A stretch of 64,000 nucleotides of DNA from an uncultured virus (IMG/VR IMGVR_UViG_3300046003_003079) (lineage: Duplodnaviria > Heunggongvirae > Uroviricota > Caudoviricetes > Crassvirales), in the IMG/VR virus record IMGVR_UViG_3300046003_003079. One strand, 5' to 3'. Both the position numbers and the translations under genes were made by a program. This document shows positions 1 to 6,957 of this stretch, in pieces. Positions within the stretch are counted from its first letter, which is position 1. The number at the start of each line of letters is the position of its first letter. The notes beneath the pieces were generated by a model. That model saw only the letters and a list, made by a program, of their open reading frames with translations, had not been told where the DNA came from and did no database searches.

Positions 1-248
1 ATTTTGTAAGTGCAGGAGCCGTGAATGTAGCGCCCTGACGAACATAAACGGAACCCGATACTTCGGTAAGTGCAGGAGCCGTGAATGTAGCGCCCTGACG
101 AACATAAACGGAACCCGATACTTCGGTAAGTGCAGGAGCCGTGAATGTAGCGCCCTCTTGAACATAAACGGAACCCGATTTTGTAAGTGCAGGAGCCGTG
201 AATGTAGCGCCCTCTTGAACATAAACGGAACCCGATACTTCGGTAAGT
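1..248. repeat. Coding tandem repeat, 57/60-bp units
   Basis: Four near-identical copies of gtaagtgcaggagccgtgaatgtagcgccct(gac g/ctt g)aacataaacggaacccgat; unit lengths are multiples of 3. Confidence 0.95.
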
Positions 249-304
249 TTCTTGAAGGTTTTACAGTTTTCCTTTGTGATGATTAAATCTCCTAAGTGTT
301 TCAT
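1..304 (-). CDS. Tandem-repeat (beta-solenoid/LRR-like) protein, N-terminal part; runs off the window edge
   Basis: Not in the ORF track. ATG at 304-302 overlaps the TGA of the upstream gene (ATGA). Translation: MKHLGDLIITKENCKTFKKLTEVSGSVYVQEGATFTAPALTKSGSVYVQEGATFTAPALTEVSGSVYVRQGATFTAPAL..., open to position 1. Confidence 0.85.
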   Translation of the reverse strand, partial: MKHLGDLIITKENCKTFKKLTEVSGSVYVQEGATFTAPALTKSGSVYVQEGATFTAPALTEVSGSVYVRQGATFTAPALTEVSGSVYVRQGATFTAPALTK

Positions 305-834
305 TCTATTATAGATTTTAATTTGGTTACATAATTAGGGTCTTCAGCGTAGTTTTGCGCCAAGTAATTCAAATACTGCTCACGAGTCTTTAAATCACGC
401 AGGAATGCAGCTTGAAACAGCGCGTAGTCCATGACTGATTGTTTCCAGTCTGAATACATGGCATGACCTCTGTGCGTACTAGTGCATGTAGTGGGGCGCT
501 GCATAGCTTTCTTCATGCCAAACAGATTGTTTGACTCAATGAATATGCGCGACTTAAAATTGTTTGACTCAAGTACTGCCTGAGCGTATACAATATCAGC
601 GTGTCGTATGTTTAACGAACGGATGTACTGCTTTAATTCGTGACTAGAGAAATGACTGCCTTCCTTTATGATTACAGGATGTGCCTCAGTCTCAATATAC
701 TTTATTTCTTTCTTCTCACTTACTGACAGACCAATCATTATGGCGAGTGACGTGATGAGAATTAGGATTACTGCCAGCCCATACCTGACGGGCTGATAGT
801 TTAATGTCTTGCTGTTGAATTTGTATAACTTCAT
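301..834 (-). CDS. Membrane-anchored glucosaminidase (GH73-like) peptidoglycan hydrolase
   Basis: N-terminal TM segment; motifs AQAVLES, NNLFGMK and YAEDPNY typical of the FlgJ/GH73 domain. Confidence 0.8.
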   Translation of the reverse strand: MKLYKFNSKTLNYQPVRYGLAVILILITSLAIMIGLSVSEKKEIKYIETEAHPVIIKEGSHFSSHELKQYIRSLNIRHADIVYAQAVLESNNFKSRIFIESNNLFGMKKAMQRPTTCTSTHRGHAMYSDWKQSVMDYALFQAAFLRDLKTREQYLNYLAQNYAEDPNYVTKLKSIIE

Positions 835-844
835 GATTGCTCGA

Positions 845-1321
845 TTAATTTAACTTTTCAACTTGCCCTTTGTAGTTTTTTCTTTGTTCCTTCAAATATA
901 TTTGTAAAACTCTGATTGTTTTTTCTATATCTGATATGAATTCACCCTTTTTTCTGCACCTAACAGTTCTTTTTATGACTTCAAATTCATACGAATTCAA
1001 TTTGTGTTTTTCAGCGAATTTATATAAGCTACCTCCAGTATTATCGTAGTGACTATCTATCTTAGGTCCCTGTTCACAATCACGCTTGTATACAAATCGC
1101 TCCTTTCCTTTGTCATCCAATACCAGATGCGCCTCATGCTCTGGATCATCACCCACAACTTCGAACTTCTGTCCTACTTTCTTTTCATACCAGTGCATTA
1201 CTGGCCCATTCATAATTGTTATTTCCATATATTCTTGAATTAATGCTGTTATTTTTGTGCCCATTGATTTAGGCAAATCTGATCCTAATTTCTGTTCTAG
1301 GAATTCACGTGGGGTCACCAT
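845..1321 (-). CDS. Hypothetical protein with DUF3310-like C-terminal domain
   Basis: C-terminal SHYD...IKRTVRCRKKG...DIEK pattern resembles phage DUF3310 proteins. Confidence 0.5.
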   Translation of the reverse strand: MVTPREFLEQKLGSDLPKSMGTKITALIQEYMEITIMNGPVMHWYEKKVGQKFEVVGDDPEHEAHLVLDDKGKERFVYKRDCEQGPKIDSHYDNTGGSLYKFAEKHKLNSYEFEVIKRTVRCRKKGEFISDIEKTIRVLQIYLKEQRKNYKGQVEKLN

Positions 1322-1505
1322 TTGTTATGTTTTTAAGTAGGTTAAATACTTGTTGTGAATTATCTCCCCAATACATATCGCAATTTGAATCTTTGTATGG
1401 AGGTTCTAAAAAGTATGACTGCATCATCGAACTGTCTACTTTATATCGGTAACAACTTTCTTTGAGTGGGCATCCTTCGCCTGTGCATTTAGTTATGTCG
1501 CTCAT
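1305..1505 (-). CDS. Small Cys-rich phage protein
   Basis: DITKC.GEGCPLKESCYRY motif; in operon with neighbours. Confidence 0.6.
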   Translation of the reverse strand: MSDITKCTGEGCPLKESCYRYKVDSSMMQSYFLEPPYKDSNCDMYWGDNSQQVFNLLKNITNGDPT

Positions 1506-1599
1506 TTTATTTTGATTTAAAGGTTAATAATCATCCCAATAATATACTATAAGAGTTATAATTGTTAAGATACTAATCCATCCTAATATTTCTTTCATC

Positions 1600-1848
1600 T
1601 TATTCTGATTTAAAGGTTTGTTTTAAACTTTCAAGTCTTAAAAACACTCTCATTACACTTGAATCATTACCATGTAGTCTAAGCATTTCTAATACTGATT
1701 CATTCTCCTCTATCTGTACTTTTAATTTTTCTTGCTTCTCCATTTCTTTGGCTAATATAATTTCATTCTCAAATTCTGCAATATTATTAGTTGAGAAACC
1801 AATTGCTTCTAACTGCTCTACAAAATACTCTACTGCTGTTTGTTTCAT
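1600..1848 (-). CDS. Hypothetical protein, 'TAVE..AKEMEKQ..KSE' paralogue family
   Basis: Likely start MKQTAVEY just after the stop of 1850-2071; shares motifs with 1850-2071 and 61620-61826. Confidence 0.65.
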   Translation of the reverse strand: MKQTAVEYFVEQLEAIGFSTNNIAEFENEIILAKEMEKQEKLKVQIEENESVLEMLRLHGNDSSVMRVFLRLESLKQTFKSE

Positions 1849-1849
1849 A

Positions 1850-2071
1850 TTATTCTGATTTAAAAGTTCTATTATAATAATCCTCAAAACATTCTCCATG
1901 CCCATTTTCTATAACAGCCCACTGACCATGGTTATAAAACTGCTCAAGTTCCTGCTTTTCCATTTCTTTGGCTTGTTGGATTTTATTTTTAAACTTTAAT
2001 TGACTACCAATATCATTTGGTATTAAATCTTTAATGCTTTCTTCAAGCCATTCTACTGCTGTTTTCATCAT
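1850..2071 (-). CDS. Hypothetical protein, 'TAVE..AKEMEKQ..KSE' paralogue family
   Basis: MKTAVEWLEE...QAKEMEKQ...TFKSE. Confidence 0.7.
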   Translation of the reverse strand: MMKTAVEWLEESIKDLIPNDIGSQLKFKNKIQQAKEMEKQELEQFYNHGQWAVIENGHGECFEDYYNRTFKSE

Positions 2072-3053
2072 TTCTCGGTTTTAAGGGTTGGTTTAAATAG
2101 GGTAACGCCCCAATCATCTTCTTCTTTTTCTCCATTATATTCAGCAGCTGAATAACTCACGTTCATTTGTAAGATATATCCAGCATTACAACAACTTGAA
2201 GCAACTAAAACAGAACCGCCTACTTTATAACTTTCTAAGTTTCTATAAGCGTTTGAAGGTATTACTAATTCTTTTTTGCATTTTTTACATTCCATCTCTA
2301 CTGATTTTTAAGTATTTCTTCTAGTTGGGGGAGGGTTAATATAACTTCATCTACAAAAAAGCTAATAAACCACACCTCTTCAGGGTCTGAATATAATAAG
2401 TAGTTTTCCAAAGGACTAAAGTTTAACTCAAACATATCCTTATCAATGTGCTGACAATTCTTTATTAGTACATTCTCAACTTCCTTTAGCATTTCTTCAT
2501 TCTCAATGAATACTGCTATCTCGTGTTTTTTGTGGGTCATGTTATAAATCTTTAAGAACCTTGTCAGCTACACCGTCAGCGTAATCTTTTATCTTATCCT
2601 CTAGTCTCTCGGTGATAGCTTTTTGAATCTTCTGTCTAAACTCCCAACTATCCGTTGCTGAATGTATAGCATCTTTAATAGCTTTTTTAGCCCCTTCTTT
2701 TACATAGCCAATAAACCCATCTTCGTCTGATATTTCATCAATAGCTTTTTGTATTCCAATTACTATCTGTTCTTCAATAAGCAAGTTATTAACCATAACC
2801 TGTGATGCTATTTGTTGTGCATTTATTCCTAAATCCACTCTTAATGTTGTCATGTTTTCCATTTCTCTATTTTTAATTCTCCATCATTTCATCCTCTCAA
2901 TCCAGCCAGTACGACATGAATATATATTTGAACCATTAAATACGCCATCCCAAGAAATAATGGTATAGACAATATTCTGATCAATGCGTATTTCGATAAG
3001 CTCACAAGGCACATAAGCGCGAATGAAGCTATAAGTAGCAAGAAGTAAATCAT
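2068..3053 (-). CDS. Four small hypothetical early genes (2068-2295, 2298-2540, 2542-2862, 2889-3053 membrane protein)
   Basis: Tightly packed co-oriented ORFs; the last is hydrophobic and likely starts at the ATG at 3053. Confidence 0.65.
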
Positions 3054-3065
3054 GACTGTGAATTT

Positions 3066-3095
3066 AAATAAAGGCGGGAACACTCCTCTCCCGCC
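3066..3095 (-). terminator. Intrinsic terminator-like hairpin
   Basis: GGCGGGA-N9-TCCCGCC followed by TTTATTT on the minus strand. Confidence 0.6.
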
Positions 3096-3108
3096 ATTCG
3101 AGCTTACC

Positions 3109-3350
3109 TAAAAATTAAGAGTTTGTCCAGCACCCCTCATATCATTTATACGTTTAGTCGCGCTATAGATAAGAGTAGGGTCCGCGTAGTTAGTTACCTC
3201 CTTTCGATGTGTAAGTGGGAGGATTACTGAATTCACACCTGACTAACCACTTGCTGAGAATCATTCCGTAGCACCAATCTGTTATCGCTAACATGCATGC
3301 TTCCTCAAGGCATACTACAGTCCAACATTACTGCTGATATCCAATTTTTA
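3109..3350 (-). ncRNA. Candidate ~240-nt structured ncRNA of unknown family
   Basis: ORF-free gap. Ends pair (TAAAAATT/AATTTTTA); internal helices GTGGTTAGT/ACTAACTAC and CCTCC/GGAGG; possible pseudoknot GTGTGA/TTACAC; terminator follows. Confidence 0.5.
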
Positions 3351-3382
3351 AAGAGCCTTTCAATGTTTAGTGCTCTGCTGAC

Positions 3383-3712
3383 TTAACGACATTCGGTCAG
3401 CAACGAGATCTTCTCGCCTATCTCATTGTACGTGGAGTTAGGACTGAATCCAGAATCAGCTAACGTCTTACGAATCCATTTGGTAGTTGACTTCAATGTG
3501 TTGCCACCTACATAAAATCCTTGGGCGGTAAAACTTTGCTTGTACTGTGATTCATTATTTTTTAATGCTGTTAATAACTCACTTAATTTCTGACCATCAG
3601 TTCGGTCATCTCGCTTGTATTCTACGAATCTGGTTCTATTTCTTCGTGGAGTAAAGTCATACTGTTGACCCATCATGCTTAACGCCATTAATGAGTAAAG
3701 ATTTGCTTTCAT
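3383..3712 (-). CDS. Hypothetical protein
   Basis: ORF track; ATGA overlap with the upstream gene. Confidence 0.6.
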   Translation of the reverse strand: MKANLYSLMALSMMGQQYDFTPRRNRTRFVEYKRDDRTDGQKLSELLTALKNNESQYKQSFTAQGFYVGGNTLKSTTKWIRKTLADSGFSPNSTYNEIGEKISLLTECR

Positions 3713-4131
3713 GCTAATGGTTTCAAGTATTTATATGCTTTCTGATACTTTTTTAACAGGCTGCTATTAAACCCATCCATCCTAGAAATATCCATGTTGT
3801 GCTCCAAGTCTGCAATCTTTACTGCACGAGCAATTGGATTGGTAGCTAATAGCATGATGTAATCCATGTATGGAAGTCCTTCGTCATGCTGTAAAACTGC
3901 AACTGCATACACGACTTTAACGTTAAATCCATGTTTAGCTAAATCATGTATGGTAACATCGCTATCCTCCAGTACATCATGCATGACCGCTGCCATCATG
4001 TAATCATCGCCTAAATGACTGACTTTATTCATCACATGAAGCGGATGAAGGATGTATGGTCTGCCACCCTTGTCTAATTGATTTAGGTGGGCATTCGATG
4101 CTATAAATATTGCTGTTGCTAAGTTGCTCAT
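3709..4131 (-). CDS. HD-domain (p)ppGpp hydrolase-like protein (Mesh1/SpoT-HD-like)
   Basis: Motifs H..Q.DKGGRPYILHP, HDVLED and VKIADLEHN. Confidence 0.8.
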   Translation of the reverse strand: MSNLATAIFIASNAHLNQLDKGGRPYILHPLHVMNKVSHLGDDYMMAAVMHDVLEDSDVTIHDLAKHGFNVKVVYAVAVLQHDEGLPYMDYIMLLATNPIARAVKIADLEHNMDISRMDGFNSSLLKKYQKAYKYLKPLA

Positions 4132-4373
4132 TTTTTCTCCTTTACATGGTAGGTAACTCCTATCTTTTTGCCATTCTTGACTTTATAGATAGTTTCAATC
4201 TCGTAGCCCTTGTGGTTTGATTTGCGGACTGATTCTTGGTCGACAAGAATGGCGCCTAATAACATTGATACCAGTGTCACTGAAAACATAAATGGAAGTA
4301 CCTCTGTCCCTATTACTTTTGCATCAACCACAATAAGAACAATTATTATTAATACTAATAAAAAAATCAACAT
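4128..4373 (-). CDS. Small membrane protein
   Basis: Two hydrophobic segments. Confidence 0.6.
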   Translation of the reverse strand: MLIFLLVLIIIVLIVVDAKVIGTEVLPFMFSVTLVSMLLGAILVDQESVRKSNHKGYEIETIYKVKNGKKIGVTYHVKEKK

Positions 4374-4385
4374 AATTTAAAATTT

Positions 4386-4424
4386 AAAAATAAAATCAGG
4401 CAGTACTACACTTCCTGCCTGATT
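4386..4424 (-). terminator. Intrinsic terminator after the tmRNA coding piece
   Basis: Perfect 10-bp stem AATCAGGCAG/CTGCCTGATT followed by TTATTTTT on the minus strand. Confidence 0.8.
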
Positions 4425-4429
4425 AAACA

Positions 4430-4722
4430 CCCTACTTTACGCTACTGCGCGAAGTTGTGGATTCATTTGGATAACATTTGCGGTTATCTTTAAAGTAGTC
4501 TTAATCCTTTTACCTCTTTCTTGCTGTCAAGCCTAGAAACGCCCCCCATATGTTAGATTTTATTCTGCTCTAACTACAGCATTTAATAGTTCACAGGATT
4601 ACTGTTATCCTCAAGGGCAGTTTTCTGTGTTGACAACTACTGGTGGAGGCGGAGGGTTCTGCCCCCTCGTCCAAACAAGCGACTAATAATCAGACGGCAT
4701 GCAAGATGCCTAGACTAATTTG
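4430..4722 (-). ncRNA. ssrA: Circularly permuted (two-piece) tmRNA gene
   Basis: Minus strand, in order: acceptor piece ...TGGAC GAGGG GGCAGAA CCCTC CGCCTCC A CCA (ends 4641); 94-nt intervening segment; coding piece starting GGGGGCG TTTCTAGGCTTGAC (4546). Acceptor stem has G3-U70 and discriminator A. ATAACC precedes resume codon GCA (4481); tag ANVIQMNPQLRAVA* ends 4437. Confidence 0.9.
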
Positions 4723-4760
4723 TGACTGTGAACCAAACCAATAGTCCACAGCCAATTAAT

Positions 4761-5093
4761 TTAATCTAACAACGCTTCATTCTCTTTCAAGAATGCAATA
4801 AGCAAAGTATTCTCTTCCAATGCTTCCTCGGCCTCGGTAACTCGATTCTTTGCTGCAATCAAAGTAGCAACGTAATCGTCACCATCCGTAACTGGCTGAC
4901 CGAAATTCAGTCTTGCTTTCATTAAGTTTTCCTTTGCTAACTCAACTTCTTCTTCCAGCTTTACAGCATTGCCTTCCTTGATGCAGATATGCGTTTTTAA
5001 TGCTGCTTTAGATGTTCGTTGAGCACGGATTGCTTGAACTTCTGTTGTCTCACCTGCTGCCATAGCGATGAATTCTTTGATGTAACTTTTCAT
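4761..5093 (-). CDS. Hypothetical coiled-coil protein
   Basis: ORF track; helical, Ala/Glu-rich. Confidence 0.65.
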   Translation of the reverse strand: MKSYIKEFIAMAAGETTEVQAIRAQRTSKAALKTHICIKEGNAVKLEEEVELAKENLMKARLNFGQPVTDGDDYVATLIAAKNRVTEAEEALEENTLLIAFLKENEALLD

Positions 5094-5094
5094 T

Positions 5095-5847
5095 TTACTT
5101 TAATTTATGGTTTATATTCTTCGTATTCGGGACAAATGTACTGAATGTTTTCTTTTTTCGCAAATTTAATTTTGGTTGTTCTGGATTCCATGTTATAACA
5201 TGGCCTGTTTGCTGGAGCGCTTCGTTTTCGGTGACTGGGTAGTCTCGAGTTTTAATATCAATAAATGGAGAAGATGTTGCTATTTTAATGATTTCATCCC
5301 ATTTAAAATCTGGAGTATTTGTGTGATAATGTCCAGCTCTTATGTCGTGATTGAAGCGCACTGGATTATACCCAATAATCTCACATGCTTCTTTGAAGTT
5401 GATAAATCTATCCATTCTTTCATGGCTATGATTATCTATCCCATATATAACATTTGATTGAACTTTACAATCCCATCCATTATTTAATATGTAATACTTT
5501 TTGGACTTGAAATTCTCAAATGTGTCGGGTATATAATTTCGATGAACATGAAATGGAGTGATGTTTTTCTTAACAAACTCCATCCATGCATCAAAAAATT
5601 CTGGAGTCATTTCATCCGAGTATTTTAGACAGACTCTATCCGTGAAGTACCCATGCTCTTTTAGAAAGTCTATTGGGTGGACTTCTGTAGTACCAGTATG
5701 CATACTGATGTAATCCCATAATTTATCGTCTATATATATGATAGAGTCAGTTAAATCTCTAACTCCAAGCCTAACTTTATCAGACACGAAGTTAAACTGC
5801 GCTTTAGTGTTGCAAATGACGTATCTCATGTCGTAAAAATGTTGCAT
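5095..5847 (-). CDS. Hypothetical protein (start may be the ATG at 5829)
   Basis: 250-aa ORF co-oriented with neighbours. Confidence 0.65.
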   Translation of the reverse strand: MQHFYDMRYVICNTKAQFNFVSDKVRLGVRDLTDSIIYIDDKLWDYISMHTGTTEVHPIDFLKEHGYFTDRVCLKYSDEMTPEFFDAWMEFVKKNITPFHVHRNYIPDTFENFKSKKYYILNNGWDCKVQSNVIYGIDNHSHERMDRFINFKEACEIIGYNPVRFNHDIRAGHYHTNTPDFKWDEIIKIATSSPFIDIKTRDYPVTENEALQQTGHVITWNPEQPKLNLRKKKTFSTFVPNTKNINHKLK

Positions 5848-5870
5848 AAACCCAAGTAAACACTGAGAAA

Positions 5871-5997
5871 ATTGCAGAGTGTCGAAGAGGGCTTATTTAT
5901 TAGTAATAATTTATTTTACACTTCCTTTTTTATTTTTTCGCCAAATAAATAGAGGTGATGCTACATACTGCAATAGTGACTGTGAATCAGGCAGTTA
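5871..5997. repeat. Origin-like element, copy 1 (IR-flanked AT-rich core plus IHF-like box)
   Basis: ATTGCAGAGTGT (5871-5882)...ACATACTGCAAT (5963-5974); core homologous to the reverse complement of 12926-13036; AATCAGGCAGTTA at 5985-5997. Confidence 0.6.
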
Positions 5998-6726
5998 TGC
6001 AACACGAATCTGCAATACTATCGTCATCTCCGTCACTCTTCCGTACATGAAGTTTGGATGTTCGGATAATTTTTCGGCATGGTCGCGTACAAAAATTGAT
6101 ACCAGACTTGATAAAAACTTTTCTGATGGATTGGATACATGCGTTACTTCTTGCACGATTACATTGTGCTCTGTCGCTACTATATCAGCGTTTAAACTAT
6201 GTGCTGCCTCGCCATCTTTCAATAGCTTCTGCACAAACTGTCTTAAATTTTTCATTTCATAAGTGCATCAATCGCCTTCTGGATGTCGACGAATAGTAAA
6301 TAATTGTCTAATCGTAGGTCAACCTTGCTGCCTACTGCACGGAATACCACCTCCAGCTTGTTGTCTATCTTTTGGTATTCTATTATTCGCACTTGGAAGA
6401 TCTTACCTCCTGTTGGCTTGCCTATGAAACCTCTGTTTATGGCGAATGCCTTACTGCCTATTGTGAGTGGTTTATACATGACTGAATGTATTTTTTGCTC
6501 GGCCTTTGAATTGGCGGAATGTTAGTTCCTGTTTGCATGCTGATTTCTTAGAATGAAGTAGATTAGAATCTGAGTATACAAATCCATTTTTGAAATAATT
6601 TTTCGTGTCTATATCATTATGGTCGTATATGTGGGTATATCTACGGCTATTATTCTCAATATCCAGCAACTCATTCCATTGCTTCTCTGTTAAATTCTTA
6701 ACATAATCTCCTTCTTGTAGTTTCAT
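5995..6726 (-). CDS. Three small hypothetical early genes (5995-6255, 6252-6479, 6472-6726)
   Basis: Overlapping start/stop arrangement on the minus strand. Confidence 0.65.
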
Positions 6727-6748
6727 GATATTTGATTTAATTTGTTAG

Positions 6749-6875
6749 TGGTCGCAAAAGGATTCGAACCTGTATCTATCATTGGGTTTCCCCTAAGTAT
6801 GAGGTGTGCTTACGATTATACTTCCAAATCTTTATCACTCCATCCTATAACGTCTACCAATTCCGCCATGCGACC
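6749..6875 (-). tRNA. tRNA-like RNA (127 nt) with abnormal extended anticodon arm; no assignable anticodon
   Basis: Acceptor stem GGTCGCA/TGCGACC+A; D-arm TGGCGGAATTGGTAGACG (Leu/Ser-type); T-arm AGG-TTCGAAT-CCT; ~75 nt between the D and T arms. Confidence 0.7.
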
Positions 6876-6957
6876 TGTTTGGAAAGGCTGTACCACTACA
6901 GCACAGCCTTTTATTTGTTCGATATCTTTCTATATTATAAATTAAATTTTAGGGTAA

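Noticed and set aside
1..248. CRISPR array
   Set aside because: Units are contiguous with no unique spacers, are multiples of 3, and translate as an open repeat protein on the minus strand.
3109..3350. RNase P RNA
   Set aside because: GAGGAA, ATAAATGAT and ACAAA..CTTA echo conserved regions, but the P4 pairing (GAAAGUCC with GGCUUA) cannot be formed. Kept only as an unclassified RNA.
4547..4640. Theta/HDV-like ribozyme after the tmRNA CCA end
   Set aside because: It forms a simple nested hairpin; the P1.1 GG, L3 and J4/2 catalytic-C arrangement of HDV-like ribozymes is not found.
4641..4672. Ordinary tRNA-Ala or attP tRNA fragment
   Set aside because: The matching 5' strand lies downstream and leads into a tag reading frame, which fits a permuted tmRNA.
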